Source: Luminiphilus sp.
GTDB taxonomy: Bacteria; Pseudomonadota; Gammaproteobacteria; Pseudomonadales; Halieaceae
Assembly: GCA_965658685.1 (NCBI GenBank)
Contig: CBFHTF010000004.1
Coordinates: 183-64,182 of the forward strand
Direction: 5' to 3'
DNA length: 64,000 nt
Under the pieces are notes generated by a model. It had not been told where the DNA came from, ran no database searches, and saw nothing but the letters and a program-made list of their open reading frames with translations. Shown piece by piece: positions 1 to 11,207 of the stretch. The position numbers and the translations under genes were made by a program. Position 1 is the stretch's first letter, and every line of letters begins with the position of its first letter.

Positions 1-1
1 A

Positions 2-730
2 CTTGATCCGATGGACAATCTCACCTTATCGGTGGATTACTGGAACATTGAAATCGAAAACACCATCGCCAGTGTTGGTGCAGAAAATATCATTCGCCAG
101 TGTGCTGAAAACGGTAATCTCTGTGACTCAGTTATTCGATCAGGCTCTGGTTCTTTGTGGCAGGGTGAAACCGGTTACGTCTTCAACGGTTTGCAGAACA
201 TTGGTACGGCCACTTGGGAAGGTGTTGATGTCGCGGGTTCTTGGATGGTCGACGCTTATGGGGGTACGGTGACTACCCGCTTAGCTGGGACGTACATGTT
301 GACCAAAGAGACCGAAATCTTGCCTGGTGAAGCCTTTGATTGTGTTGGTTTGGTTAGCACACGTTGCTACCCATCACCTGAGTGGCGTCACACACTCACC
401 ACGACTTACGACAGTAATGAATGGTGGGCAGTGACGGCACGCTGGCGATACTTTGACGGTGTAGACTACGACGGTGCATTGGTCGGCTCCGCCTCGACAG
501 GTACAGATCGGATCGCGCAATCTACTATGTCCGACGGTGAGAGCTACCTAGACATTAACGCTACTTTCCGATTCATGGGTGATTCAGAGTTACTAGTTGG
601 GATTAACAACATTACCGATGAGACTCCTCCATTGGTCGGTGGAAGTTTGGCCACTAACGCGAACGCAATTGCGGGCTTCTACGACACGCTGGGTCAGTAC
701 CTGTTTGCACAGGCTACTTTCCGCTTCTAA
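2..730 (+). CDS. TonB-dependent receptor, C-terminal fragment (5' end upstream of window)
   Basis: Frame is open from the window edge. Barrel-like sequence with NNITDETPP motif and terminal aromatic ...QATFRF, typical of TonB-dependent/OM barrel C-termini. Followed by a hairpin terminator. Confidence 0.8.
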   Translation, partial: LDPMDNLTLSVDYWNIEIENTIASVGAENIIRQCAENGNLCDSVIRSGSGSLWQGETGYVFNGLQNIGTATWEGVDVAGSWMVDAYGGTVTTRLAGTYMLTKETEILPGEAFDCVGLVSTRCYPSPEWRHTLTTTYDSNEWWAVTARWRYFDGVDYDGALVGSASTGTDRIAQSTMSDGESYLDINATFRFMGDSELLVGINNITDETPPLVGGSLATNANAIAGFYDTLGQYLFAQATFRF

Positions 731-764
731 GCGGTTGTTATTAGCAGCCAACGCTGCGTTAATG

Positions 765-794
765 AAAAGCGGGCCTTCTGGCCCGCTTTTTTTT
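765..794 (+). terminator. Rho-independent terminator
   Basis: GCGGGCC (769-775), TTCT loop, GGCCCGC (780-786), then a T8 run (787-794), directly after the receptor stop codon. Confidence 0.75.
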
Positions 795-810
795 CACAAC
801 GGATTTGTCT

Positions 811-1701
811 ATGACCGATACCCACAGTGCTTGGACTGCCTACTGGCAAGCCGGCCATCGCCATTCCTGTTTTAGTAATGGTATGCCTTTGCCCGTCGTA
901 ACGATTTGGGAGCCGTTGTTAATCGAACTGCACGACTCTCCTGCAAGAATTTTAGATGCTGCCTGTGGCGGTGGTGCGCTGGCGGAATTTTTGGTCCAAA
1001 AGTACCCCAACGCAATGGTTTATGCCGCAGATGCGGCGTCATGGTTACCTGATATCTCAGGGGTAGACGTTCGGTCAAATACTCGTCTTGAACAATTACC
1101 CTTCGATGACAACAGCTTCGATTTGGTGGTTTCCCAATTTGGCCTTGAATATGCCGATGCCGACCAAGCCATATCCGAGGTGGCACGGGTACTCGCGAGC
1201 CACGGTGTACTGCTTGCTTTGATGCATCACAAAGACAGTGCGGTGGTAAAAGCTGTTGTTGATGAGCGAGACTCGGTAGCAGAGCTGTTAGCTAAAGGCG
1301 GTTTGCTGAACGTATTGTATCATTTAGCCACGGCAGAACAACAGCGCGCACCCGATCTGAAAGCTGTCGAAACAGCCGCTGCGCAGGCGTTTGAGGGAGA
1401 AACTAAGCAATCCTTAACGTCAACACGAAACTGGGTGCTCAGTTACATAGCGGAGATGATGGAGCATCGCCCGCAGCAACCCAGCGGGTATTTGGCCGCG
1501 AATTTACAGCGCTTGGTCCTCGAACTCCGCCACGCCGGTGATCGACTAGAGGCCATGGCTGGGGCAGTGCTCGACCAAGACGCCATGGGCGATTTCAGTC
1601 GTGCAATGGATCAGGCAGGCTGTGATACTCGCTTCAGCGTTTGCCACGACAGCAGTGGTGCTGTGATCGGTTGGCTACTCATCGCTCGCAAGTCCAGCTA
1701 G
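811..1701 (+). CDS. Class I SAM-dependent methyltransferase
   Basis: Motif I-like ILDAACGGGALAEFL and post-I/II FDLVVSQFGLEY. ORF track starts at TTG 805; ATG at 811 is more likely. 10 bp upstream of the next gene. Confidence 0.7.
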   Translation: MTDTHSAWTAYWQAGHRHSCFSNGMPLPVVTIWEPLLIELHDSPARILDAACGGGALAEFLVQKYPNAMVYAADAASWLPDISGVDVRSNTRLEQLPFDDNSFDLVVSQFGLEYADADQAISEVARVLASHGVLLALMHHKDSAVVKAVVDERDSVAELLAKGGLLNVLYHLATAEQQRAPDLKAVETAAAQAFEGETKQSLTSTRNWVLSYIAEMMEHRPQQPSGYLAANLQRLVLELRHAGDRLEAMAGAVLDQDAMGDFSRAMDQAGCDTRFSVCHDSSGAVIGWLLIARKSS

Positions 1702-1711
1702 CGACAGCAAT

Positions 1712-3106
1712 ATGGCAAGTACGACAGCGGTGGCAATGGCGCAATTAGATCAGTATCGCCGCGAGGCTAAGCAGGCGCCGAAGAATCCCAATGCGCGGTT
1801 TAACCATGGGTGGGCTGCGAGCCGCGCAGGCTTATGGCAAGAGGCCATAGCGGCCTACCAATCTGCGCTCGCTTTATCTATCTCTGCGCCTGAAGAAGTG
1901 TATTGCAACCTTGCATCTATCTACTCAGAGCATTTAGGTCGCAGTGAAGAAGCTCTTAGCTCGCTCAGCAAGGCATTAGAGATTAATTCCAACTACTATC
2001 CCGCTGTATTTAATTGTGCTCACCTTTATGAGCAGCTGGGTATGCGAGACAGAGCGGTGACCGGATTTATCGCCGCCGGTGATCTTGAGCCCCACAATCC
2101 GCAACCGATTGCTCGGGCTGCGGATGCTTGTCCTGCCGAGCTACTCCCTCCGCCTTTGTTGCAGCGGCTGAGAACATTTGCCGAAGCTGATGATGTGGAT
2201 GCGCTTTTTGCCCTAGCGAAAGTTGAGGAACAGTTAGGGGACACAAACCGTGCTTGGCAATATATGGCACGCGCCAACGCAATCGATGCAAAAGATCGCA
2301 ATCCCTGGCCTATTAAAGCCATTTCGAATCGGCTACTAACGCTCGCTGATTCGCCGTTACCGCGACTGCGTGCCAACAATGGACCCGTGTTCATTACTGG
2401 TATGTTCCGAACCGGGTCTACCCTTTTGGAGCAAATGCTTGCCGCCCATGGCGCATTCTTGCCACTGGGTGAATCCGACTTTTGGCCGAGGCGAATTGCT
2501 GCTCTTGGAGGCGGCATGGTGCTACCCGTGAGGGTAATACCCGGCGATAGCGAGTGGGAAAATCTGGCTGTGGCGTTTGACCAATACAGTAAAGACCGTT
2601 TGTCTCGCCCCAATATAAGGCTGACAGATAAGCGCCCCGACAACATTTATCACATCGCATTAATTGCCAAGGCCCTGCCCTCAGCGCGGTTCATCATTAC
2701 CGAAAGAGACTGGCGAGACACCGCAGTATCGGTATGGGGCACTCGACTGCATGCCCAACACGGTTATGCCTGTGCCATCGACGATATCCATCAGCAGCTG
2801 AGCTTATGCCGACAAATAGCCGAAAAGTGGCAATCCCAAGCGCCAGATCGCGTTTACCGACTGCGCTATGAAGCGCTCATTGACGACCCCGAGGCGGTTT
2901 TGCGTGAAGTATTAGAGTGGCTGGGTGAGAGCTGGAGCGCTAATTGTCTGAACTTCCACGAGCAAACAAATGCGGTGCGCACCGCCAGTGTTTGGCAGGT
3001 GCGCGAACCACTCCATAGTGGGCGCCGCGATCGATGGCGCCTCTATGAACCCCAGTTACGCACGCTGTTAGGGCCCTTGCTAGATCAGAGCGACCCAGCG
3101 TCATAG
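1712..3106 (+). CDS. TPR repeat-containing sulfotransferase (TPST/RaxST-like, Sulfotransfer_3 type)
   Basis: N-terminal TPR-like repeats ([11 protein letters not shown].., [26 protein letters not shown]). C-terminal domain has a PAPS 5'-phosphosulfate loop-like [26 protein letters not shown], and C-terminal [26 protein letters not shown], shared with two paralogues in this window. Confidence 0.8.
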   Translation: MASTTAVAMAQLDQYRREAKQAPKNPNARFNHGWAASRAGLWQEAIAAYQSALALSISAPEEVYCNLASIYSEHLGRSEEALSSLSKALEINSNYYPAVFNCAHLYEQLGMRDRAVTGFIAAGDLEPHNPQPIARAADACPAELLPPPLLQRLRTFAEADDVDALFALAKVEEQLGDTNRAWQYMARANAIDAKDRNPWPIKAISNRLLTLADSPLPRLRANNGPVFITGMFRTGSTLLEQMLAAHGAFLPLGESDFWPRRIAALGGGMVLPVRVIPGDSEWENLAVAFDQYSKDRLSRPNIRLTDKRPDNIYHIALIAKALPSARFIITERDWRDTAVSVWGTRLHAQHGYACAIDDIHQQLSLCRQIAEKWQSQAPDRVYRLRYEALIDDPEAVLREVLEWLGESWSANCLNFHEQTNAVRTASVWQVREPLHSGRRDRWRLYEPQLRTLLGPLLDQSDPAS

Positions 3107-4134
3107 GCTTCTTGAATAGCCGCCAGCGACAGGGACTTAATTTTGCTGGCATTACCGGCAGTACCAAATGACTCGTAACGTGCAATACAGATGTCACGCA
3201 TGGCACCGATGCTCTCTTTTAGGTATTTGCGAGGATCAAACTCGGCGGGGTTTTGTGCCATAAACCGGCGAATGGAACCGGTAGCCGCCAAGCGTAAATC
3301 AGTGTCGATATTCACTTTACGCACCCCATGCTTAATACCCTCCACCACTTGCTCAACGGGTACGCCATAGGTTTCCGGAATCGCCCCACCATACTCATTG
3401 ATGATTGCCAGCCAATCCTGAGGCACCGCCGACGAGCCATGCATTACTAGGTGGGTGTTAGGGATGCGTTCGTGAATCGCCTTGATGCGGTCTATCGCAA
3501 GAATGTCCCCGGTGGGTGGGCGGGTAAATTTGTAAGCACCGTGACTGGTGCCACAAGCAATAGCAAGCGCGTCTACCCCGGTATCTGCAACAAACTGGGC
3601 GGCTTCTTCAGGGTCGGTGAGCATTTGGTCGTGGGTCAGTTTACCCGCCGCACCAATGCCGTCTTCCTCACCGGCTTCACCGGTTTCCAGTGAACCCAGG
3701 CATCCAATTTCCCCCTCCACCGATACGCCGCAAGCGTGCGCCATGGCAACAACTTTACGGGTCACCTCGGCATTGTAGTCATAATCCATGGGGGTTTTAC
3801 CATCTTCGCCCAGCGAGCCGTCCATCATTACCGAGCTGAAGCCCAACTGAATCGACCGCTGACACACTGCAGGTGAGGTACCGTGATCTTGATGTACCAC
3901 AACAGGTATATGTGGAAACTCACTCATCGCCGCTTCCATCATGGCGCGTAGAAAAGGCGCCCCCGCATATTTTCGGGCCCCTGCACTGGCCTGCATGATG
4001 ACCGGTGAGTCGGTGGCGTCAGCCGCTTCCATAATGGCGCGGGTTTGTTCAAGGTTGTTGACATTGAATGCCGGCACACCGTAACCGAATTCAGCGGCGT
4101 GATCTAAAAGCTGGCGTAGGCTGATGAGGGCCAT
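3085..4134 (-). CDS. fba: Fructose-bisphosphate aldolase, class II
   Basis: [30 protein letters not shown] start, HQDHG and GTSHGAYKF motifs. Last gene of the conserved tkt-epd-pgk-fba block. Confidence 0.95.
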   Translation of the reverse strand: MALISLRQLLDHAAEFGYGVPAFNVNNLEQTRAIMEAADATDSPVIMQASAGARKYAGAPFLRAMMEAAMSEFPHIPVVVHQDHGTSPAVCQRSIQLGFSSVMMDGSLGEDGKTPMDYDYNAEVTRKVVAMAHACGVSVEGEIGCLGSLETGEAGEEDGIGAAGKLTHDQMLTDPEEAAQFVADTGVDALAIACGTSHGAYKFTRPPTGDILAIDRIKAIHERIPNTHLVMHGSSAVPQDWLAIINEYGGAIPETYGVPVEQVVEGIKHGVRKVNIDTDLRLAATGSIRRFMAQNPAEFDPRKYLKESIGAMRDICIARYESFGTAGNASKIKSLSLAAIQEAYDAGSL

Positions 4135-4263
4135 AATTGCTCTCCTATAAGGGCATCGTTAGCCACCGTGTTTGCTAAGGATGCTTGATGTGGATAGTTA
4201 AGTCGCACACACGCTTGAGTATAAAGGGTGCGTGTGACTGTCAGATGATCGTAACCGCCTCGC

Positions 4264-5418
4264 TCAGTTACAGCCTCGTTCTTGTAGCATGGCAACCGCG
4301 GGCAGCACTTTACCCTCTACGTACTCGAGGAATGCACCACCACCCGTCGAGATGTATGACACTTGATCGGCAATACCAAATTTATCGATGGCTGCCAGGG
4401 TGTCGCCACCGCCAGCCAGTGAATAACCTGGACTATCTGCCACCGCCTCTGAAACAGCCTGGGTACCCCCGGCAAAGGCATTGAACTCAAACACCCCCAC
4501 GGGGCCATTCCAAAGAATGGTGCCAGCACTTCGGAGTTTATCGGCAATAGCCGCCGACGATTGCGGTCCTATATCGAGAATCATGTCATTTTCGTCCACG
4601 TCTGCAGCCAGCTTGACTGTCGCTTCTGCGGACTCGCTAAACTCGCTCGCCACGACAACATCGATGGGTAGCGGGATATGGGTCTTGTCCATTAGTGCGC
4701 GAGCGGTTTCAATCAAATCGTGTTCACACAGTGATTTGCCCACCGGGTAGCCCGCCGCAGCAAGAAACGTATTCGCAATACCTCCGCCTACGACCAGGCT
4801 GTCACACCGCTCTGCCAGCTGCTCAAGCACCTCCAGTTTGGTCGACACCTTCGAGCCACCCACAATCGCCACCATGGGCTTTGCCGGTGCCGAGAGCGCT
4901 CGTTCGAGCGCGCTCAGTTCTGCGGCCAACAGTGGGCCGGCGCATGCCACATTGGCATGTAAACCCACACCGTGAGTTGAGGCCTGGGCCCTGTGCGCTG
5001 TACCAAACGCATCCATCACAAAGACATCACAGAGTTGGGCGTATTGCTTGGACAGTGTTTCATCATTGCGCTTCTCACCGGGATTGAAACGCACGTTTTC
5101 CAGCAGCACGACTTCGCCGGGTGCGACCGTGGCGGATTGCCACTCACTGATAACCGGTACCGGCATTCCAAGCAGAGTAGCGAGTTGGGCAGCAACCGGT
5201 GCCATCGAATAAGCTGCATCGAACACACCTTCCTCGGGGCGACCTAAGTGCGACATCAATATCACGCCCGCACCTGCCGACAGCGCCGTTTTAATCGTTG
5301 GCACAGCAGCCTTGAGCCGCGCGTCGCTGGTGACTTCACCATTTTTGATGGGCACGTTGAGATCTTCACGAATGAGCACGCGTTTACCCACTAGATCTAA
5401 CTCGGTCATTTGCTTCAT
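4264..5418 (-). CDS. pgk: Phosphoglycerate kinase
   Basis: [23 protein letters not shown] and STGGGAFLE motifs. AGGAGA Shine-Dalgarno upstream of the ATG at 5418. Confidence 0.95.
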   Translation of the reverse strand: MKQMTELDLVGKRVLIREDLNVPIKNGEVTSDARLKAAVPTIKTALSAGAGVILMSHLGRPEEGVFDAAYSMAPVAAQLATLLGMPVPVISEWQSATVAPGEVVLLENVRFNPGEKRNDETLSKQYAQLCDVFVMDAFGTAHRAQASTHGVGLHANVACAGPLLAAELSALERALSAPAKPMVAIVGGSKVSTKLEVLEQLAERCDSLVVGGGIANTFLAAAGYPVGKSLCEHDLIETARALMDKTHIPLPIDVVVASEFSESAEATVKLAADVDENDMILDIGPQSSAAIADKLRSAGTILWNGPVGVFEFNAFAGGTQAVSEAVADSPGYSLAGGGDTLAAIDKFGIADQVSYISTGGGAFLEYVEGKVLPAVAMLQERGCN

Positions 5419-5510
5419 GTTGTCTCCTGTATTCCGTTAGCGATTAACGAAACTTGCCCACCCAAATTATTTGGCATGGCCCTGCGTAAATGGCCCTGCG
5501 TAAACGGTTG

Positions 5511-6593
5511 TCACCGCCGCTTGAATTTCATGTCCCTAAAGTAAAGGGCGATATCCAATAGTCGATTGGCGTATGCCCACTCGTTATCAAACCAAATCAA
5601 TACTTTTACCAGCCGATTGCTACTCACTTGGGTTTGGCTGGCATCAACCACGCTGGAACGTGTATCGCCATTAAAATCACAGGATGCCAGCGGTTCGGTG
5701 GTAAAGCCAAGAATGCCCGATAATGAGCTGTCAGCGGCCGCTTTCAGCGCATCATTAACAGCTGCGCGCGAGCATGGCCGCTGGGTATAAATAGCAACAT
5801 CCATAGCCGATACATTCAGCGTTGGAACACGCAGGGCATGAGCCGTCAGCTTGCCCTCAAGTTGTGGCAGGATACGCGGCACGCCAATGGCTAAGCCTGT
5901 GTCCACCGGTATGATCGAGTGGAATGCCGCGCGTGTTTTACGTAGATCGGTGTTGTGGTAAGCGTCCAGAACCGGTTGATCGTTCATGGCTGAGTGCACC
6001 GTGGTCACGGTACCTGCCTCAATACCAAAGGCAGCATCGATGACTTGTAGTACCGGACATAGGGCATTCGTGGTACACGACCCCGCTGAAATCACTGTTT
6101 CGCAGCCCTGTAGGCTGGTTTGGTTTAGGCCCCACACAATGGTGGCATCGACTGTGGGTTCTGCCGGCTGTGATAATAAAACCCGTTTGGCCCCAGCATT
6201 AAGGTGTAGATCAGCTGTTGCTCGATCTGTAAAAGCACCGGTGCACTCTAAAACCAAGTCGATGTTGTATTCGCCCCAGGGTAGCTCCGACAACTGGCGG
6301 TGCGACAACAACTTAATCGCCTCGCCATCGACCACCAAGTCAGTGGTTTGTTCTCTCGCAACATGTCCCTGCTGGGTAGTCGCGGGTTTCAGCGAGGGCT
6401 CAAGTGTGACAGTGCCGGGAAAGCGGCCGTGGGTTGAATCGTACCGTGCCAAATGCGCAACGGTCTCACTGTCAGCTAGCTCGTTAATCGCGGCTAGGGT
6501 CAGTGACTGTCGGGCTTCTGGCCGCTGCGCCCAAGCGCGAAAAGCGGTGCGGCCGATGCGGCCGAAGCCATTAATGGCGAGGCGGTAGCTCAA
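5511..6593 (-). CDS. epd: Erythrose-4-phosphate dehydrogenase (GAPDH family)
   Basis: INGFGRIGR, catalytic [18 protein letters not shown] and IPVDT motifs resembling Epd. TTG start overlaps the tkt stop (TTGA). Position between tkt and pgk as in other gammaproteobacteria. Confidence 0.8.
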   Translation of the reverse strand: MSYRLAINGFGRIGRTAFRAWAQRPEARQSLTLAAINELADSETVAHLARYDSTHGRFPGTVTLEPSLKPATTQQGHVAREQTTDLVVDGEAIKLLSHRQLSELPWGEYNIDLVLECTGAFTDRATADLHLNAGAKRVLLSQPAEPTVDATIVWGLNQTSLQGCETVISAGSCTTNALCPVLQVIDAAFGIEAGTVTTVHSAMNDQPVLDAYHNTDLRKTRAAFHSIIPVDTGLAIGVPRILPQLEGKLTAHALRVPTLNVSAMDVAIYTQRPCSRAAVNDALKAAADSSLSGILGFTTEPLASCDFNGDTRSSVVDASQTQVSSNRLVKVLIWFDNEWAYANRLLDIALYFRDMKFKRR

Positions 6594-8590
6594 TCGAGTA
6601 TCACGTCCTCAACAGCGACCATAACATTGTCGACCGTGAAGCCGTACTCCTGCATGAGCACGTCACCAGGCGCTGATTCACCAAAGCTGGTCATGCCCAC
6701 AACACGGCCATCGAGGCCCACGAATTTATACCAATAATCGGCGTGCCCCGCTTCAACCGCTACCCGCGCCAATACGTGACTCGGAAGCACGGACTCTCGG
6801 TACATTGCATCTTGCGCCATAAAGCGCTCGGCACAGGGCATAGACACAACCCGGATGCCTCGGCCTTGCTCTGACAGTCGCTGGGCTGCCTGCACCGCCA
6901 GATTTACCTCGGAGCCAGTGGCAATAATGATGGCATCGAGCTCACCGACTTCTGGTACCAAGGTGTATCCACCCCGCTCAATGTCCGATAACTTGCCGGC
7001 TGCACGATACTGGTGTGCCAATGTCTGGCGAGAGAACACCAATGCCGATGGGCCGTCACTTCGCATAACCGCCATTTTCCAGCACACCGCCGATTCAACC
7101 GTGTCGCAGGGCCGCCATGTTTCAAGGTTGGGTGTGGTGCGCAATGACGTCAGCTGCTCGACTGGCTGATGGGTGGGCCCGTCTTCACCCAAACCGATGG
7201 AGTCGTGGGTATAGACAAAAATGACCCGTTGACGCATTAGTGCTGCCATGCGCACCGCATTACGCGCGTACTCCATGAAGATCAAGAATGTAGCGCCATA
7301 GGGAATGAACCCACGGTGCAGAGCAATACCGTTCATAATGGCAGACATGCCAAATTCTCGGACACCGTAATAGACATAGTTGCCAGCACTGTCTTGGGCT
7401 GACACCCCTTTTGAACCTTGCCAAAGTGTGAGATTTGAACCGGCCAAATCGGCTGAGCCACCCAAAAGCTCGGGTACCAGAGGCCCAAGCGCATTCAGCG
7501 TTTGCTGAGAGGCTTTACGAGAAGCCACGTCTGCAGCGGTGTCGGCCCACAATGCAATGACATCGTTTATTTTGGTTTCGAAATCGGCGGGCAGCTCACC
7601 ACTCAAGCGACGTGCCAGCTCGCTGGCGGTAGTGGGGTGGGCATTAGCATAGCTCTCAAGTGCTTTTTGCCAGGCTGCTTCTGCCCTGGCGCCACGCTCG
7701 CTGGCATTCCATTGAGCATAAATGTCGCTGGGAATGTCGAAGGCTGCGTGGGACCAGCCCAGCGCGTCTCTTGTGGCAGCGATTTCTTCGGCACCAAGGG
7801 GCGCACCGTGGCAAGACTCGGTGCCCTGCTTGTTGGGGGCTCCCTTGCCGATGATGGTTTTACAACAGATGAGGCTGGGCCGCGAACTATCGGCGATAGC
7901 CGCATCGATAGCCGCCGAGATGGCTTCTGGATCATGGCCATCGACTGCCGGTATTACCTGCCAACCGTAACTTTCGAAACGCTTGGGGGTGTCGTCAGTA
8001 AACCAACCCTCGACTTCGCCATCAATCGAGATGCCGTTGTCATCGTAAAAGGCTACCAACTTCCCGAGCCCCAGCGTGCCGGCAAGGGAACATACTTCGT
8101 GGGAGATGCCCTCCATTAAGCAGCCATCGCCTAGAAATACCCACGTCCTGTGATCAACCACGGTGTGACCGTCGCGATTAAATTCTGCCGCCAATACTTT
8201 TTCAGCAAGCGCCATGCCCACTGCATTGGCCAAGCCTTGGCCCAGGGGGCCTGTCGTCGTCTCAACGCCAGGGGCATAGCCAAACTCTGGGTGCCCTGCG
8301 GTTTTGGCGTGGAGCTGCCGAAAGCTTTTGAGATCATCGATCGTCAATTCATAGCCGGTGAGGTGGAGCAAGCTATAAATCAGCATGGAGCCGTGGCCAT
8401 TGGACAGTACAAAGCGATCGCGGTCTGGCCAGTCAGGGTTGTTGGGGTTGTGCTTTAAGTAATCGTTCCACAGCACTTCGGCAATGTCTGCCATACCCAT
8501 TGGTGCACCTGGATGACCACTATTTGCCGCCTGCACGGCGTCCATACTCAACGCGCGGATGGCGTTGGCGAGTTGTTGTCGGGATGGCAT
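6590..8590 (-). CDS. tktA: Transketolase
   Basis: [32 protein letters not shown] start and [15 protein letters not shown] motif. ATG at 8590 is preceded by GGAG. The longer ORF-track start (8653) looks like a spurious extension. Confidence 0.95.
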   Translation of the reverse strand: MPSRQQLANAIRALSMDAVQAANSGHPGAPMGMADIAEVLWNDYLKHNPNNPDWPDRDRFVLSNGHGSMLIYSLLHLTGYELTIDDLKSFRQLHAKTAGHPEFGYAPGVETTTGPLGQGLANAVGMALAEKVLAAEFNRDGHTVVDHRTWVFLGDGCLMEGISHEVCSLAGTLGLGKLVAFYDDNGISIDGEVEGWFTDDTPKRFESYGWQVIPAVDGHDPEAISAAIDAAIADSSRPSLICCKTIIGKGAPNKQGTESCHGAPLGAEEIAATRDALGWSHAAFDIPSDIYAQWNASERGARAEAAWQKALESYANAHPTTASELARRLSGELPADFETKINDVIALWADTAADVASRKASQQTLNALGPLVPELLGGSADLAGSNLTLWQGSKGVSAQDSAGNYVYYGVREFGMSAIMNGIALHRGFIPYGATFLIFMEYARNAVRMAALMRQRVIFVYTHDSIGLGEDGPTHQPVEQLTSLRTTPNLETWRPCDTVESAVCWKMAVMRSDGPSALVFSRQTLAHQYRAAGKLSDIERGGYTLVPEVGELDAIIIATGSEVNLAVQAAQRLSEQGRGIRVVSMPCAERFMAQDAMYRESVLPSHVLARVAVEAGHADYWYKFVGLDGRVVGMTSFGESAPGDVLMQEYGFTVDNVMVAVEDVILD

Positions 8591-8741
8591 TGAGACTCCA
8601 CGGGGGGGTAATTTTCGAGGCCGTATTCTCCTTGATGCGCGCCCTCGCCGCAAACGTAAAACATAGGACCTATTACTAGGCCTATGACACCAAGGAGCCA
8701 GTCCGTATTATGGCGTGCTGTTATTAGCAGGCGAGCGAGTT

Positions 8742-10283
8742 ATGCCAGAGTCCTACATCAAACGTATTTTAAATGCTCGGGTATACGATGTTGCCCGAGA
8801 GACACCTCTCGATTATGCGCCGCTCATATCGGCACGCATTGGTAATGAGGCCTGGTTAAAGCGTGAAGATCTGCAACCTGTGTTCTCATTTAAGTGCCGG
8901 GGTGCCTACAACAAGATGGTGCAGCTCAGCGATGAGGCGCGTGCGCGGGGCGTTGTTGCGGCCTCAGCCGGTAATCACGCCCAGGGCGTTGCGCTAGGTG
9001 CGCAAAAGTTGGGGATTAAAGCCATTATTGTGATGCCGGTGACTACCCCCACGATTAAGGTTGACGCCGTCCGTAGTCGCGGTGCCAAGGTTGTACTCCA
9101 TGGCGACACCTTCGATGAAGCAGCGGCACGTGCCAAGACCTTGGTTGAGCAGAATCACATGACATTCCTACACCCCTTCGATGACCCTGACGTCATTGCA
9201 GGTCAAGGCACCGTTGCCATGGAGATTGCTCGTCAGGCCCACGCGCCCCTCGATTATGTCTTTGTTTGCGTCGGCGGAGGCGGTCTGATTGCAGGCATGG
9301 CTGCCTATTTAAAATACATTTGGCCCAACACGCGGGTCATTGGCGTTGAACCTGAAGACGCAGCCTGCGCGCGCGCGGCCCTTGACCGTGGTCGGAGAGT
9401 GACCCTGAAGCAAGTGGGTATATTCGCCGATGGCTGCGCTGTGGCGCAGGTCGGTAAAGAGACGTTTAGGCTTATTCGCGCTTGTGTTGATGACGTCATT
9501 ACCGTCACTACTGACGAAATTTGTGCTGGGGTTAAAGATATTTTCGAGGACACGCGCGCAATTGCTGAGCCCGCAGGCGCATTGGCTGTGGCGGGGATGA
9601 AAAAATTTACTCAGGAGCATGGTCTCACCGGCGCGACGATGGCGGCCACCGTTAGCGGTGCCAACACCAACTTCGATCGCCTGCGTTACATTTCTGAGCG
9701 CACGGAAATTGGTGAGCGTCGAGAAGCCATTGTAAGTGTCACTATTCCCGAGAAGCCGGGTGCTTTTCATGCGTTCTGCAGTGCCCTCGGTAAGCGCAAC
9801 ATCACGGAATTCAATTACCGTTACGCCGACGATAGTCACGCCACGGTGTTTGTTGGGCTCAGTGTCACACCCGGCGGCAATGACCTCGAACAATTATCAG
9901 GGCGACTTGAAGGCATGGGCTATGCCACCCTCGATTTAACCGACAACGAAACCGCCAAATTACATATCCGTCATATGGTCGGTGGCCACGCCCCGGGCGT
10001 AGTGAATGATGAGCGGGTTTTTCGAGTGGAGTTTCCCGAGCGCCCTGGCGCCCTGATGAACTTTCTGAGTGCTCTGGGCAACGAATTCAATATCTCGCTG
10101 TTCCATTATCGTAATCATGGAGCCGCCTATGGCCGCATATTAGTGGGATTTCAAGTGCCCACCGGTCGTCGCGCTTGTCTTCGGGCTGCACTCGACCGGG
10201 TGGGTTACCGCTATTGGGATGAGACCGATAACGCGGCATACCAAACGTATCTCGCAGGACGAAAAGGGTCGGGAATGCGTTAA
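8742..10283 (+). CDS. ilvA: Threonine ammonia-lyase, biosynthetic (two C-terminal ACT-like regulatory repeats)
   Basis: PLP lysine motif SFKCRGAYN and glycine-rich GGGGL loop, with a duplicated C-terminal regulatory domain. ATG at 8742 chosen over the upstream GTG at 8715. Confidence 0.92.
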   Translation: MPESYIKRILNARVYDVARETPLDYAPLISARIGNEAWLKREDLQPVFSFKCRGAYNKMVQLSDEARARGVVAASAGNHAQGVALGAQKLGIKAIIVMPVTTPTIKVDAVRSRGAKVVLHGDTFDEAAARAKTLVEQNHMTFLHPFDDPDVIAGQGTVAMEIARQAHAPLDYVFVCVGGGGLIAGMAAYLKYIWPNTRVIGVEPEDAACARAALDRGRRVTLKQVGIFADGCAVAQVGKETFRLIRACVDDVITVTTDEICAGVKDIFEDTRAIAEPAGALAVAGMKKFTQEHGLTGATMAATVSGANTNFDRLRYISERTEIGERREAIVSVTIPEKPGAFHAFCSALGKRNITEFNYRYADDSHATVFVGLSVTPGGNDLEQLSGRLEGMGYATLDLTDNETAKLHIRHMVGGHAPGVVNDERVFRVEFPERPGALMNFLSALGNEFNISLFHYRNHGAAYGRILVGFQVPTGRRACLRAALDRVGYRYWDETDNAAYQTYLAGRKGSGMR

Positions 10284-10436
10284 AAAAAATGTGAATAATT
10301 CTTGAAAATATAATTGTTTGCGCTATCTTCTACAGTAATAAACAGCGGTAAACACTTATCACGGCTGTATTTTGCGTTTTTGGCCCCGAAATCGCTGACT
10401 CACTGGATACGGGGACAGCCAGGAATTGTCATCACA

Positions 10437-10571
10437 ATGAACGCTAATAAACCCGACATGTTGTGGATTTTGGTACTTGTGGTTGCTTTTGGGGCCGCCT
10501 CGGCGTCCCTTATGGGTGACGATTCAAGCCCAAGAATGGCTCCTGAGCAGGCTGGCATTTTTATCCGTTGA
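10437..10571 (+). CDS. Hypothetical small single-pass membrane protein (44 aa)
   Basis: ATG-started ORF MNANKPDMLWILVLVVAFGAASASLMG.. with one hydrophobic helix, downstream of an AT-rich spacer. No family recognised; may not be real. Confidence 0.2.
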   Translation: MNANKPDMLWILVLVVAFGAASASLMGDDSSPRMAPEQAGIFIR

Positions 10572-11172
10572 CGCCATCCGGTGAAGAAAAGCGGTAAAGC
10601 TTCTTCTCACTAGCTAGTAACGCCAGTGATCGGTCATGACTTTCCCGCGGTAACACCGCTACTTTTTGGCACTCGAAACCCAAGCCAATGGTGACAGCCT
10701 GCAGGGTAGGCAACACGCGATCGTAGTAGCCTCCACCATAGCCCAAGCGGCCCCCCTGCATATCCCAGCCGACCAGCGGCACTAAAACCATGTCGATATC
10801 AGCGGGTAAGCACTGGCCGGCACCTTCGCTCGGTTGCCGAAGGCCATACTGCACACTCTCAAGAGCTTCGCCTGGCGCCCAGTGTCTGAATTCGAGCAGG
10901 CCAGGGCCGATTATTCGGGGATAAACGACCGACATGCCTCGGCTGCGTGCGGCACTATCAATAGCGCAGGGATCGAATTCGTGAGTTACCGGAAGATAAG
11001 ACGCGAGGCAGCGTACTGATGCCCACTCGGGTAATTGCATAATGGCCCGTGCAGCGAAATCAGAGGCATATGCATGTAGCTCGTGGCCTAGTTGCGTTCG
11101 ATGAGTCTTGAGCCGAGCACGTAACGTGCTTTTCAACACGGCCGCGGCTTGATCCTGTTCTGATCCCAGCAT
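10561..11172 (-). CDS. ygfA: 5-formyltetrahydrofolate cyclo-ligase
   Basis: GYGGGYYDR motif and position downstream of zapA-ssrS as in E. coli and Pseudomonas. Start placed at ATG 11172 (MLGSEQ..) because the longer ORF would run through the 6S RNA gene. Confidence 0.85.
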   Translation of the reverse strand: MLGSEQDQAAAVLKSTLRARLKTHRTQLGHELHAYASDFAARAIMQLPEWASVRCLASYLPVTHEFDPCAIDSAARSRGMSVVYPRIIGPGLLEFRHWAPGEALESVQYGLRQPSEGAGQCLPADIDMVLVPLVGWDMQGGRLGYGGGYYDRVLPTLQAVTIGLGFECQKVAVLPRESHDRSLALLASEKKLYRFSSPDGVNG

Positions 11173-11207
11173 TGGGCAGATGTTGCTCCTAGCACGAACG
11201 TCGGTGT

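Noticed and set aside
2026-2646. Long antisense ORFs inside well-supported genes, for example 2026-2646(-), 5986-6588(+), 7502-8119(+), 29942-30469(+), 45577-46173(+) and 58037-58648(+).
   Set aside because: Each lies fully within a gene with strong family motifs on the other strand. Their translations are Ser/Arg/Pro/Ala-rich low-complexity sequences, typical of antisense frames in GC-rich DNA. No start context or family resemblance was seen.
4195-4245. Imperfect hairpin (GTCGCACACACGC ... GCGTGTGAC) between pgk and fba as a terminator.
   Set aside because: The stem is imperfect, there is no U tract, and it lies within a conserved operon. At most it is an mRNA processing or stability element and cannot be supported further from sequence.
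5476-5503. Perfect 14-bp tandem duplication ATGGCCCTGCGTAA x2 in the epd-pgk spacer.
   Set aside because: It is a single small duplication in an intra-operon spacer, with no further copies seen and no obvious structure or motif. It is probably a neutral slippage event.
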